A DNA stretch of 64,000 bases, taken from Malacoraja senta (taxonomy: Eukaryota). Location: assembly GCA_038087875.1 (NCBI GenBank), contig CM075989.1:4588001-4652000 (forward strand), in the 5' to 3' direction. Positions within the stretch are counted from its first letter, which is position 1, and each line of letters starts with the position of its first letter. The translations under genes were made by a program, and so were the position numbers. Below, in pieces: positions 38,041 to 52,233 of this stretch. Under the pieces are notes generated by a model. It was not told the origin of the DNA and searched no databases. It saw only the letters and a list, made by a program, of their open reading frames with translations.

Positions 38041-40068
38041 GATTTGGCTGTTGGTGGCAACATAAGTAGCAACAAGGATGCTTCATAACTCAGTCTGAAG
38101 AAGGGTCTCGACCCGATACGTTACCTATTCCTCCTCCCCACAGATGCTGCCTGTCCCGCTGAGTTACTCCAGCATTTTGTGTCTACCTTCGGATTAAACC
38201 AGCATCTGCAGTTCCTTCCTACACAAGGATGCAAAGATGATTCAAGAGGACGGATTGAGTGTGGTTAATAGTACCCATGGGAAACACCAAGTAATCCTCT
38301 GGATAGAGAAGAATGAATCAATTCAACAAGTGGAAAAAGATGATGTCCTCCATTTTGGTCTTACTATTTAATGGTGAGAGATTGGGAAATATGTTAACAC
38401 ATAGAACATAGAACATAAAACAGCATAGGAACAGGCCCTATGGCCTACAGTATCCATGCCAACCATGATGCACAGATAAATTAATCTCATCTGCCTGCAT
38501 GTGGTCTGGAATCCCACCATTCCCTGCATATCCATCTGCCTATCTAAACCTCATCGAAATCACTATTATACTGTACCTGGCTCCATTATATCTGCCTCCA
38601 CCACCACCCCTGGCAGGGTGTTCCAGACACATCCCACCCTCCACGTAAAAAACCTGCCCCACACAATCTTTTAAACTTTGCCCCTCTCACCTTGAAGGTC
38701 TGCCCTCTAGCCCTTGAGATTTCCATTCTGAGACAATCTAATGTTCAAAGGGGCCCCATGTGTCCCTGTAAACCAGCTAACACTGCTACAGCGGGAAGCT
38801 CGGAAGGTGAAAGCAAAGTTGGCTTATATTACGAGGGGACTGATGCAAGGGTAAAGATGTCTTGCTACAGCTTATAAAGTGTTTTGGTGAATCAGATTTA
38901 AAGTATCGAGTACAGTTTTGGTCTCCTTATCTAAACAAGAAGCTAAAACAAAAACGGGATAAATTGTGTGAGGCAAATACCTCAATTAGAGTGGTAAAGA
39001 AGCCAAATGATATGTGTATGAAGGAACTGCAGATGCTGGTTTAAACCAAAGATAGACACAAAAAGCTGGAGTAACTCAGCGGGACAGGCAGCATCTCTGG
39101 AGAGAAGGAATGGGTGATGTTTCGGGTCGAGACCCTTCTGTCTGAAGAAGGGTTTCGGCCCAAAACGTTGCCTATTTCCTTCGCTCCATAGATGCTGCTG
39201 CACCCGCTGAGTTTCTCCAGCACTTTTGTCTACCTCTAGTTTAATCCTCCCCTGACTCTCAGTCTGAAGAAGAATCTCGACCTGAAACGTCACCTATTTC
39301 TTCTCCAGAGATGCTGCCTGTACCGCTGAGCAGCATTTTGTGTCTATCTTCGGTGTAAACCCAGCATCTGCAGTTCATTCCTACCCAATCATTCTGGGAG
39401 ACCTCCTCCACACCCTTTCCAAAGCTGCCGCATGATCCTTGCTGTATTGGGGCGACCAGAACTCTACGCAGTACTCCAACTGCGGCCTAACCAAACTCCT
39501 ACAAAGCTGCATCCTGACCCCGTGATTCTTACCCTCAAATCATAATCTTTTTCCAGATTAAATAAATTGCAATAAAATCAATCGCAGCCCATATGGCTGG
39601 AACTGGTGATTACTGCACTGCCTCTTTCACTGAGAAGTGTGGGGTTACAAATGAAAATTGATTTAAATCTTCGATTAGATCCCTTCACAACCTCCTCTAT
39701 TCCATGGACTTTTAGTTAGATTAGCGATACAGCGTGGAAACAGGCTCTTTGGCGCAACAAGTCCACGGCAATCATCGATCACCCAATGCTAGTTCCATGT
39801 TATCCCACTCTCTCATCTTTCCCTACAGACGACGGGGAGTTTACAGAAGCCAATTAACCCACAAATCTGTACGTCATTGGGATGTGGGGGGGGGAAACCC
39901 AGGCGGTCAGATGGAGAACGTGCAATCCCTACACAGACAGCACCCAAGGTCAGGATCGAACCTGGGTCTCTGGTGTTGTGCGACCGTGGCTCTAACCGCT
40001 GTGCCACTGTGCTGCCCATCTTCTCCCAGCTATCCACAGAACTATGGCTCTTGTCTATTCCTCATTCT

Positions 40069-42017
40069 TTTATTTGTTTTAATTTGTATTTTATTAGAAG
40101 TAAGTACAATTGTATACAATCATATTTTCATAATGCATATTATGTACAGCTTCTTATTTTTATAATAAAGGAGAAAAAGAAAAATAAGTTAGATAATGAA
40201 AAATAGAAAAATGTGAGATATATAGTGTGTGAAAAAGAAAAATAGAAAGTGAAAGAAGAAAGTTAAGAAATAGAAAATAGAAAAAATAAAATAAAAGAAG
40301 AAAAAGAAAGAAAAAGAAAAAAAAAGAAGTAAGGAGATCTTATTTATAATCTTGACCATCCCTCGCCCAGTCACGAATTAGCTTTTACAATTGTGTTGCA
40401 CCACATATTCCAAAAAGACGACAAATGGAGACCAACTCGTTGGGAATTGGTCAAAATTATCTATTAGGAGGAATCGCATTTCCTCAAGATGTGCGGTGTC
40501 CAACACACTTGCAATCCACATTTTGAGCGTTGGTATTGGTGTATTTTTCCAAAATTTCAATATTAATTTTTTTGCTATTATTAAACCATAATTTAAAAAT
40601 ATTTTTTGAGATGGATTCAATTTATTCCCATCTTCTATTACTCCAAATATAATCAATTCATTATTAGGTTCCATTTTTATCTTAAATAATTTTGTGAATA
40701 TTTGAAAAATATCACTCCAAAATCTATGAAGTTTTATACAGGAAACAAAAGAGTGTGTTATAGTTGCATCTTGGGTTAAACATTTATCGCAAGTGGGGGA
40801 TATATTTGGATAACATTTATTTAATCTTGTTTTTGAGTAATACAATCTATGTAACATTTTAAATTGAATTAGATTATGTCTTGCATTAATCGAACATTTG
40901 TGAATGTATGTCAAATACTTTTCCCATGTAACCTTCGTAATTTTTATCGTTAATTCCCGTTCCCACTCTTCTCTAATTACCTCAGTCGCAGGTAAATCTA
41001 TATTTAAAATACTATTATATAAATATGATATTAATTTTTGTGTATCAGCTTTAATATTCATTACTTCTTCCAATAAATCAGGAGTTATTTTTTGATATCC
41101 CTGTATATATGTCTTCAAGAAATTGCAAATCTGAAAATATTTAAAATAATGATTGTTTTTCAGTTTAAATTTTAATTGGAATTGTTGAAATGATAGTAAA
41201 TCTCCCATTTCATACATGTCCCCAATCCTTTTAATTCCTAAACTTTCCCATTGATTATATGTTTTGTCCATCATAGATGGTTTAAATAAAGGATTATTCG
41301 CTATCGGTGTTAACAATGATAGGTTTCTTAATTTTAAGGATAATTTTATTTGTTTCCATATTCTTATTGTATCTTGTATAATTGGGTTCTTCTTATATAT
41401 TGTATTGTTCATTTTTTTCGGGGAGAAGAGGATTGTTCCTATATTACAAGGGTAACAATCCTCTTTCTCCATTTTTATCCATTCTGTCTGTTGGGTTGAA
41501 CTATCCAACCAGTAAATTATATTCTTAATATGTATTGCCCAATAGTAATACAGAAAATTCGGGAGTGAAAGTCCCCCGACATCTTTTGGTTTACATAAGT
41601 GTTCTTTTTTAATTCTATGTGATTTATAATCCCAAACAAAATTTGTAATATTAGAGTTTAATTTAGAAAAAAAATATTTTGGTACATATACTGGTATAGA
41701 CTGAAATAGATATAGTAACTGTGGTAGAAAAATCATTTTTATAGCGTTTATTCTACCTATTAATGATAAAGGAAGTGTTTTCCAAAATGTAATCATTATA
41801 TTAAGTTTATTTATTAAAGGTAGAAAATTAGCATTGAATAAAGCTTTATGTTTTCTAGTAATCTGAATACCCAAATATTTAAATTTTTCTGTTGCTATTT
41901 TAAAGGGGAACTTCAGTAAGTGTGTGGATTCTTGAGGTTTTAACGTCATAATTTCACTTTTGTTCCAATTTATTCTATATCCAGAAAAGGATCCAAATTC
42001 CTCTAATAAATTTGGTA
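40069..42017 (-). mobile_element. 5'-truncated L1-clade LINE with open ORF2 C-terminal part
   Basis: Uninterrupted ORF to 40378 (FGSFSGYRINWNKS, FKYLGI, GGLSLPN, CDKC..H...C knuckle); A-rich tail at ~40070; 16-bp TSD gtctattcctcattct at 40053-40068 and 42018-42033. Confidence 0.93.
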
Positions 42018-43549
42018 GTCTATTCCTCATTCTGACCGAGTTTAACACCAGATCCTTTCATACCTCACTTCATGCGTCCATGGAGTGGAAGTGGCAGACA
42101 TTTCATGCTCTCAGGAGTGGAAGTTTCATTTTAACATTAAATTTAACATTAAAAAAAAACAAGAATGAAAGCAAAGCTCACAATGAAATACAACTTTAAT
42201 TAAAGCATTTCTCCGAAAGAAACATACTGAGGAATATCCCTTTAGACTATACAATTCAAAAATCTGTGGATAGTTGTACAAGGTATATTTAAACTCTTAA
42301 ACACATTTTAAAGATTTACCCATATATTTTTCATTATAAATCATAAATGGCAAACTTCAATCCCGTCAATGTGACTGTGTGCACTTTAGAGTCAAGAGCA
42401 AAATATCTTTGGTTTAAGCTGGGTTTACCACAAACTTACCATTTGTGAAGTAAGGAGAAATGAAACAATTATTCAATGACATTTTCCGCAAGAGTCACAA
42501 ACCAGCTCTGTGTATTGTGCAGTGCTACTAGGATTTACTGGGCTTTTATTGGGGATGCTGCTGTCGGAAGCTCTGGGCCGACATAATCACGAGTGGCAGA
42601 GATAAAGTGAATGCACACAGTCCTTTTCCCAGGGAAGTTAAATCAGAAACTCGAGGGCCAGGGTTAGTTGAGGTGGGCAATGTTTAAAAGGGAAATGAGG
42701 ATCAACTTCAACAGAAGGTGGTGCGTATATGGAACAAGCTGCCAAAGGAAGTGGCTGAGTTGCTGCCTTACAGCGAATACAGCGCCGGAGACCCGGGTTC
42801 GATCCCGACTGCGGGTGCTGTCTGTACGGAGTTTGTGCGTTCTCCCCGTGACCTGCATGGATTTTCTCCGAGATCTTCGGTTTCCTCCCACACTCCAAAG
42901 ACGTACAGATATGTACAGTAGGTTAATTGGCTTAGTAAATGTGAAAATTGTCCCTAGTGTGTGTAGGATAGTGTTAATGTGCGGGGATCGCTGGTCGGCG
43001 TGGACCAGGTGGGCCGAAGGGCCTGTTTCCGCGCTGTATCTCTAAACTAAACTAAACTAAAACTAAACAACATTTAAAAGGCATTTGGACAGTTACATGG
43101 GTAGGAAAGGTTTGAAGTAATATGGGCTAAACATGGGCAAAATATTAGCTTTGATGGGGATTTTGGTTGGCAATGGCGAATTGGGCCAAAGGGCCTGTTT
43201 CCATGCTGTATCACACCGTGCTTCCCTCAACAGATGCTGCCGGTACCACTGAGCTCCACCAGTACTTTGAGATAAACACAAAATGCTGGAGAAACTCAGC
43301 GGGACAGGCAGCATCTCTGGAGAGGAATCGGTGAAGTTTCTGGTCGAGACCCTTCAGTACTTTGTTTTTCGCTCCAGATTCCAGGATCTGCAGTTTCCTT
43401 GGGCCTTCCAGTTCCCACCAACCTCTGTATTTAACACTGCTGGTGTTTGCAGTGGATGAGGTGCCTCTCGGACTCAGGGAACTGATCGGGTTCCACATCA
43501 ACTGGACTCTCCTTTAGGCTGCGTGTGGGGAAAACCCAGAAGAGTGGAC

Positions 43550-44180
43550 ATAGAGTCATAGAGTGATACAGTGTTGAAACAGGCCCTTCGGCCCAATGAC
43601 CTAGCTACACTAGTCCCACTTGCATGCGCTTGGTCCATATCCCTCCAAACTGGTCCTATCCATGTACCTGTCTAACTGTATCTTAAATATGGGATGGTCC
43701 CAGCCTAAACTACCTCCTCTGGTAGCTTGTTCCATACACCCACCACCCTTTGTGTGAAAAAGTTATCCCTCGGATTCCTATCAAATCTTTTCCCCTTCAC
43801 CTTGAACCTATGTCCTCTGCTCCTCGATTCCCCTACTTTGGGCAAAAGACTCTGTGCATCTACCCGATCTATTCCTCTCATGATTTTGTATACCTCTATA
43901 AGATCTCCCCTCATCCTCCTGCGCTCCATGGAATAGAGACCCAGCCTACTCAACCTCTCCCTATAGCTCACACCTATATAAGTCCTGGCAACATCCTTGT
44001 AAATCTTTTCTGAACCCTTTCGAGCTTGACAATATCTTTCCTATAACATGGGGCCCAGAATTGAGCACAATATTCTAAATGCGGTCTCACCAACGTCTTA
44101 TACAACTGCAACATGACCTCCCAACTTCTATAGTCAATATTCTGATGAAGGCCAAAGTGCCAAAGGCCTTTTTGACCACA
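43550..44180 (-). mobile_element. CR1/HER1 LINE 3' fragment
   Basis: [61 protein letters not shown]. Confidence 0.9.
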
Positions 44181-44691
44181 TTTTACCTGCCATTCATTGT
44201 CAGTGAACATCTGATGCCATTGCCGACACTGACTTTCAGATGTATTTCAGATCTATTTATTATCCAGGCTACATTTTTCTGGAGAAAATATTCTGCTTCT
44301 TTTAAGACAAATGATGCGGTCTTGGTTTCCGCTACTCAGGTAGGACTAGTCTGGATGGAGCATTACTCCATGGTCAGCATGAGCAAGTTGGGCTGAAGGG
44401 CCTGTTTACATCCTGCACGACTCTATGACATGATTTTACTTGCTGTACAATAGTGAACCTTACCTGCCCACCTGATCTCCAATTTATATTGATCCAGCAA
44501 CGTTAAAGGAAAGTTTATTGCTTTTGAATTGTGTTGGAATAAAAAAAAACACCACTCAGCACGAAGCGATGTATCAATCCCTTGCAACCAAGTCCTATCA
44601 TTATAAGAGTCTTCCACTCCTACTTCTGATCAGCTGCGTTACTTAGATCCTCATCTGAAGAAGGGTCTCAACCCAAATAGTCACCCATTCC

Positions 44692-44958
44692 TTCGGCGAC
44701 CTTTTCGCCGAAAATGTTCAAAATGTTCAAAATCCAGCGGTGACCAGAAAAAGGCACGACTCATTGGGCGACTACTCATGACCATACAGGCGTCACGTGT
44801 CGACATGTTGCGGGGTGACGCCTGTATGGTCGTGAGTAGTCACCCAAAGAGTAGTACCTTTTTCTGGTCGCCATTGGATTTTCAACATTTTGAAAATTTT
44901 CGGCCGCCTGCTGGTGCTGGCAAGTCGCCGAAAAAATTGCGTAAGTGGGACAGGCCCT
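44692..44958. mobile_element. PIF/Harbinger-like MITE, type iv, left end missing
   Basis: Right TIR GCGTAAGTGGGACAGGCCCT; internally palindromic; sits among Penelope-derived pieces. Confidence 0.75.
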
Positions 44959-46749
44959 TTGGAGTAACTCAGTGGGTCAGGCAGTATCTCTAGAGAAAAA
45001 GGGTAGGAGACACAAGTACTGAAGTACTTCGGCATTTTGTGTCACCTATTCCTTTTCTCCAGAGATGCTGCCTGACCCGCTGAGTTACTCCAACACTTTG
45101 TACCATATCTTCAGTATAAACCTGCATCTGCAGTTCCTTTCTCCACATTCTATTTAATTCCTGTTTGATGTGAAGTAAGTTGATTTCAGAATGTTCAGAT
45201 TAACTCCAATGCAATTGGATAGGCCTGAGGAGCCGGAACCAGGAAGCAGGCCCTTCGGTCCACCGAGTCCGTGGGGACCAGCGATCCCCGTACACTAGGA
45301 CTATCCTACACACTGGGGACAATTTACAATATTGTACCAAAGCCAATTAACCTACAAACCTGGTCATCTTTGGAATGTGGGAGGAAACCCAGGGAAAACC
45401 CACACACCCACTCCAGTACAAACTCCGTAAAAACAGGATCGAACCCAGGTCTCTGGCGCTGAAAGGCAGCAACTCTACCGCTGCGCCACCACAAACACCC
45501 AACACACCTCCCCTCCCCCTTCGCTGAAAACAGGCTGTAAGGAATTCTCAAAAATTGAGACACAAAATGCTGGGGTAACTCAGTGGGACAGGCAGCATCT
45601 CTGGAGAGAAGGAATGGGTGGCGTTTCAGGTTGAGACCATTCAGAATCTGGAATCGGAAACAGGAGTCAGCAGGAAGCTGATGTCTGATTGCTGATATTG
45701 TAATGTTGTGGAGGTGAACTTAGTCTTTGAAAGCCAGCACTGAGGATGCACCAGGGAGTTAGTCCCTGACTGTTCCCTCTTCTGCAGCTACTGATACAGG
45801 AGAAATGAACATGAGATGTACGAACCACCAGTGGGAGATGCGTTTAACTGCCGACACCACCTTCTCTTCCCTGGCACAGGCCCAGGCGCTGGGAATGGTG
45901 GACGAGGGAGAGTTTGATCAGGTTCATGCCATGATCACATTGAATGGCGGTGCTGGCTCGAAGGACTGAATGGCCTACTCCTGCACCTATTGTCTATTGT
46001 CCAATGTCCAAATGTCAAACTAATCAGCTGCAAAAAAAAATCTTTAGAACCTCTAGACCTTCTGTAAATTGTAAATTGTCCTGAGTGTGTAGGATAGTGC
46101 TATGGTACAGGGTGATCGCTGGTCAGCACGGACATGATGGGCCGAAGGGCCTGTTTCTGCACTGTATCTCCTGCAGGCAGCTTGGGGCATCTGTAGCTGG
46201 TGAAGGGCACTAGATGAGATCCTGACACTCGCGTGCCTTGGTATGAACACCCAGAAGTGAGAGTCTGAGAGACAGTCATACCCATACAGTACATGTTCCA
46301 GTGCGACCCAGTGCCTGCAGGAGAAGCAAGAGAGAGGATTTACCAGGATTTTGCCAGGACTCGAGGGCCTGAGCTATAGGGGGAGTTTCGGTAGGCCAGG
46401 ACTTTATTTCGTGGAGCGCAGGATGCTGAGGGGTGATCTTATACAATCATGAGGGGAATCAAAAACATGAGGACATATGTTTGAGATGAGAGCGCCAAGA
46501 TTTAATACAAACCTGAGGGGCAACTTTTTCACACAGTGTATGGTTAGTATATGGAGTGAGGTGTCAGAGAGGAGGTCGTTGGGGCAGGTACTATAACAGC
46601 TTATGAAAGACACATGGACAGGTACACATAGGAAATGTTTAGAGGGATATAGGCCAAATGTGGGCAATGGGATGGGCTTACATGAGGCATATTGGTCAGC
46701 ATGGATGTTGGGCCGAAGGGCCTGTTTCTGTGCTCTATGGCAAGGGGAA

Positions 46750-47033
46750 TAGAGGCACGAGATGTGACAGTGGCAGTCAGCACTCTATCAATGAATAGGG
46801 CAGTCGTTACAAAGCGAAACAATCAAAGCCAGAGGATAGCGCTCCAGTAAAAGTAAGTGTTCCCAGGCTGAAGAGACGGAGAGAAGGGCCGGGGGATAGC
46901 CCACCGCCCGCGAGTCTCTTGGAATGTCCGCTGCGTTCCCCGAAGAGGCTGCCTCGCATAGTGGAGAGAGCAGAGAGGTAATGGACAAAACGCCCTCTTG
47001 GTCAAGGCTTGATAATGTTCAACACACAATCAT
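46750..47033 (-). other. rhcg: candidate non-coding terminal (3'UTR) exon of rhcg; 3' end undefined
   Basis: Strong acceptor ccatttttgtctttgtag|ATG ATT at 47034/47033 in unique sequence 1.5 kb past the exon-10 donor; mammalian RHCG has a UTR-only exon 11. Confidence 0.4.
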
Positions 47034-48589
47034 CTACAAAGACAAAAATGGAATGGTTTTATGAGTACCATTATTTTCAATAGGCGACCCTTTCATTTCA
47101 TCTGACTGCTGACTTCCCAATAAATATTGAAGAGACCTGCTCCTGCATTGCTGCCCATGGTGTTATGTGCTCAGCTGTGCTCCCTGGTGGCACAACCGTG
47201 AAACTGCAGCAGACAAAACACAAGAGGCTTCAGAATTTGTCTTTCATTGTGAGTCCAGTGGCAATAAAATTGAATCGGTCAACCCGGGCAATTGAGACTC
47301 CCTTGAAGAAGTTTAATTTAGTTCAGAGATACAGCATGGAAACTGGCCCCTCGGCCCGCCGATTCCACGCCGACCATTGATCACTGCTCACACTAGTTCT
47401 CCGTTATCCCACTTTCTCGCCCACTCCCTGCACACTAGGGGCAATTTACAGAGGTCATTTAACCTACAAACCCGCATGTCTTTGAGATGTGGGAGGAAAC
47501 CAGAGCACCTGGAGGAAACCCACATGGTCACAGAGAGAAGGTGCAAACTCCATACAGATAGCACCTGAGGTCAGGATCGAACCCGGGTCTCTGGCGCTGT
47601 GAGGCATCTGCTTTACCAGCTGTGCCACCATGCCACCCCCAAGTTGAGTTAAAATCTGACTGTCTGAAGAAGGTTCTCGACCCAAAACAACATCTAAGTT
47701 CTTTCTCCATAGATGCTGCCTGACCCGCTGAGTTATTCCGGTTTATTGTGTCTATCTTCGGTTTAAACCTACATCTGCAGTTCCTTCCTCGACTTAAAAT
47801 CCTGTCCGTTTGACTGACTGATAAATAATGCTAACACTATTCACCCCCTCACTCAAAATCAAACATTTAGTGAGAAAGTAAGAAACGCTGGATCTTCTCA
47901 GTCCACGACCAGACTTGATTGTTGCAGAAACTTGCTAAAAGCAAGATGGCGTGGAGTGCGGTGACTCTTTGCGTGCTGGCCCCAGAAGACGATCTACTAA
48001 TGTCCACTGTAAACTAAACTAAACAACTAAATGGCGGCACAGTGGCGCAGCGGTAGAGTTGCTGCCTTACAGCGCCAGAGACCCGGGATCATTCCTGACT
48101 ATGGGAAGCTTGTCTGTACGGAGCTTGGACGTTCTCCCCATGACCTTTTCGCCAGGATATGCACAATCCAAAGACGTACAGTTTTGTAGGCTAGTTGGCT
48201 TGGTTTGATTGTAAATTATCCCCAGTGTGTGTAGGATAGGATAGTGTGCGGGATCGCTAGTCTAGGCGTACTCGGCAGGCCAAAGGGCCTGTTTCCACAC
48301 TGCATCTCTAAAATAAGCTAAACTAAACTAAATTGTTCCGCTTTGGCTACCAAGGTAAGGATGGAGAAGTACTTTTCATTTCATTGGGATTTTATAGCAC
48401 TTTATTCAACCTGATCTCCAATAATTATTCCAAATACTGAATCTACATCAGTAGCATTTTTATTTTACAGACTATTAGTTGAGATTTCCAGCTGAATAGT
48501 CCATGATGTAACCTCAACATTAACTCACGAGTAGTAGACCTGTTGTGTTTACCTGTAATATGTCACAAGGAGGCACACTCACCTGGGTG

Positions 48590-48673
48590 TCACGGGTCAC
48601 TGTTCCCATTACTATTCGGTTTCAAATGCGGTGCGTTTGAGGAGAGGACAGTGTACAGTGAATCTTCTGGAAC
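48590..48673 (-). CDS. rhcg: rhcg last coding exon (exon 10 equivalent) with stop codon
   Basis: ctgcag|GTT CCA GAA GAT...: VPEDSLYTVLSSNAPHLKPNSNGNSDP*; continues YWE|VPED as in fish Rhcg; a donor (CAG|gtgagt) follows 7 nt after TGA at 48583. Confidence 0.85.
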   Translation of the reverse strand, partial: VPEDSLYTVLSSNAPHLKPNSNGNSDP

Positions 48674-50187
48674 CTGCAGATTCAAAAATGTAACTCGATT
48701 TAGTTTAGTTTACACGGAAGCTGGCCCTTCGGCCCACCGAGTTCGTGCCGACCAGCGATCCCCGCACACTAACATTATCCTACACACTAGAGACAATTTA
48801 CAATTTTTACCAAAGCCAATTAATCCACAAACCTGTACGTCTTTGGAGTGTGGAAGAAAACCGTAACACACAGAGAAAACCCACATGGTGACAGGGAGAA
48901 CGTACAAACTCCATACAGACAGCACCCGTGGTCAGGATCGAACCCGGGTCTCTTCCGCTGTAAGACAGCAACTCTACCATCGCGCCACCTTGTTGGATAT
49001 CATTGCTCTCTCAACTGCGGTCAAGTCTGTAACTCAACGAACTTTATGCAGCTTCGAGAAATGTCAAAGTGTGTAAGGAGGAACTGCAGATGCTAGTTTA
49101 AACTGAAGATAGACGCAAAAAGCTAGAGTAACTCAGCGGGACAGGCAGTATCCCTGGAGAGACAGAATGGGTGACATTTCGGGTCTAAAGAAGGGTCTTG
49201 ACCTGAAACGTCACCCATTCCTTCTCTCCAGAGATGCTGCCTGTCCCGCTGAGTTACTCCAGTTTTTTGTGTTTATCTTCAATTTAAACCAGCATCTGCA
49301 GTTCCTTCCCACACATCCATTGATATACATCGATTTCCTTTATTCAAGGGTTGTATACGTTACTGAATTGGAAGTAGTTACAGTGAAACAAGTTCTCTTT
49401 AGAATTATCTGTTCTGTACTGGGGAGTGTCCTGGACTTAGCATCAGCTTTAAGTATCAACAGACAAGCATCAACAAGTGGACAAGGCCAGAGCTAAGTGC
49501 CATTTAGGTTAATTTACATGGATAGGAAAGGTTTAGAGGGATATGGGTCAGGCATGTCAAATGGGACTAGTGTAGAATGGGGCATCTTGGACGAAATATG
49601 TAGGAAGGAACTAGAGATGCTGGTTTAAACTGCAGATAGATACAAAATGCTGGAGTAACTCAGTAGGACAGGCAGCATCTCTGGAGAGAAGGAATGGGTG
49701 ACGTTTCGGATTGAGACCTTCCGACTGGTCAGGGAAACGTGATATAGACAGTGATGTAGAGAGATATAGAACAAATTAATGAAAGATATGCAAATAAATA
49801 ACGATGATAAAGAAAACAGGCGACTGTTAGTTGTTTGCTAGGTGAGAACGAGAACCTGGTGGACTGTATTCTGTGCTGTGTGATGCTATGACTTGTGAGG
49901 TGTCTGGAGTTTAATGTGTTAAATTCAGTCCGACAGCAGGGTAGCCTTAAGGAGTTCTCATCGGAACGTGGGACATTGATGAATGGGTTTCAGCATAAGA
50001 TTAGAGACAAGCTGACATGAGGGTCGAACATATTTAATTAAGCAGCTACCAGTGGCAGATGCATCTCTCTAAAGTCACCAGTATCCACATTCCTCGTGGA
50101 GACAAAGTCTCATCTTCACAGGAAGGCATTCTTCGTGAGTGGCAGTGCAACCGTGCAAAATTGGTTCCACCTCTCTGCTGCAATAAA

Positions 50188-50357
50188 GTTACTGCAGCTG
50201 ATGGGAAGTTACTGCAGCTGATGGGAAGAGTTGCAGCTGATGGGAAGTTACTGCAGCTGATGGCAGGTTACTGCAGCTGATGGGAAGTTACGGCAGCTGA
50301 TGGGAAGTTACGGCAGCTGATGGGAAGTTACGGCGGCTGATGGGAAGAGTTGCAGCT
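50188..50357. repeat. 20-bp minisatellite (gttactgcagctgatgggaa)
   Basis: About 8 tandem units. Confidence 0.9.
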
Positions 50358-51262
50358 TCTTCCCGTCACTTTCTCCTCTATTTGTTTTAGTTTAGAGATG
50401 CACCACAGAACGCCACAGGAGATCCTTTTTCCCTGACACTATCAAACTGTACAACTCCTCTCCCTTCAGTCATGGGGGGTAGACTGGCTCCCCTTCCCGC
50501 TTAACCCCCCCCCCCCCCCACTCCCCAATCTTTGCACATCCCCAATCTTGGACTTTCCACTTGTCAATTTAATTTCATGTTTCATGTATTGTGTTGTGTT
50601 TTATGATTGTTGGCAGACCAATTTCCCTCCTGGGATAAATAAAGTTCTTATTGTATCGTGTCGTTTAAGTATAAACTGTTAAACTGGGAAACACAGAGGC
50701 TCCAAGAACTGCAGGTGTTAGTAGGAGTTGCAGCTTCTTCCCATCACAATTTTTTATTAGTTTAGAGATACAGAGCAGAAACAGGCCCTTCGTCCCACCG
50801 AGTCCGCGCCGACCAGCGACCCCCGTACACTAGCACTATCCTACACACACGAGGGACAATTTACGATCTTTATCGAAGCAAATTAACCTACAAACCTGTA
50901 CAGACAGGACCCATTGTCAGAATTGAACCAGGGTCTCTGGAGCAGTAAGGCAGCAACTCTACCGCCTCGACACCGTGCTGCCCCCAAATGGTTGTTGAAA
51001 GGAATGGAAGATAATCTATGTCAAGAAGTGAATGTTTGTCCGATGGTAGATCTGATTTTTAACAACTCCTCAGGTATAGGCTGAAGGAAAGGCTGATTGG
51101 CGTAAGGAAGCCCTGAACTGAGGAAGTGGAATCAGCAGAGAAGGGAAATTTAAATATATGTCATTGTTTTTGTCTACACCAAAGACATCCATTGTATCAG
51201 CAAAATCAGGAATGAGAACAGAATTCCAAAAACCAGGAGCAAACAAGCACAGGTTTTGCTTA

Positions 51263-51487
51263 AGGGCCTGTCCCACTTTCACAACCTAATTCACAACCTT
51301 TTTTACTCGTGGGCATTTTTCATCATGTTGAAAAAACGCCCCGACCTACTTGATGCCACGAGTACCTACGACTGGCATCACGACCTGCTACGACCTACCT
51401 ACGACCTCGTGACGACCATGCCACGAGTATGTCAAGGGCAAACTCGGCAGAGGTCGTGAATTAGGTCGTGAAACTGGGACAGGCCCT
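51263..51487. mobile_element. PIF/Harbinger-like MITE, type ii
   Basis: TTA|AGGGCCTGTCCCACTTTCAC...GTGAAACTGGGACAGGCCCT|TTA; close match to 18830-19075. Confidence 0.87.
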
Positions 51488-52233
51488 TTATGCTTCTCCG
51501 TCATAGGCATTAGATATGAACTGGGACATAAAATTCATAATTGCTGCAGCTGTACAGTCATGTTAGATGCAACAAGAAATATTTACAGTAAGTTATCAGC
51601 TATTCGAAGAAAACTAGATATATTACTGTAAACACTACACTGGCTGGTAGAGCCACTGCCTCACAGCGCCAGAGACCCGGGTTGAACCCTGACCTTGGGT
51701 ACTATCTGTATGGAGTTTGCACGTTCTCCCTGTGACCACATGGGTTTCTTCTGGGTGCTTCGATTTCCACCCACATCTCAAACACGTGTGGGTTTGTAGG
51801 TTTCTGCAAATAGCCCCAAGTGTGTGGTTCAGTAACGTGAAAGAGGGACAATAAAGAACTAGGGTGAACGGGCCTGGATGGTCGGCATGGTCTCAGTGGG
51901 CCAGAGTTCCCATGCTGTATCTCTAAACCAAACTAAATATATATTTAAGAGTTAAGAACTCCTGTACGATCTAAAAATGCTCATTTTTATCCTGTATTAT
52001 TGGAACAAAACCTTTGAAGTGAACAGCTGCAAGCTCAAACCAACCGCTCCTGTCGTCAAGAGGCAAGAGAATTTTGACATGTCAAAAATGGAAGAAATGC
52101 AAAAATTCTTACTTGCAGCAGCGTAACAGGTCTGTAAACACAGTACTCATAGATAACACAATAAACAAAAAAATCAATAAATTTCAATAAATTAAAAAAT
52201 AATAATATTAATGAAAAAAATTCCCGAGCCTTA

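Noticed and set aside
40378..42048. 556-aa host gene
   Set aside because: L1 ORF2 fragment; the first ~10 codons come from the TSD and flank.
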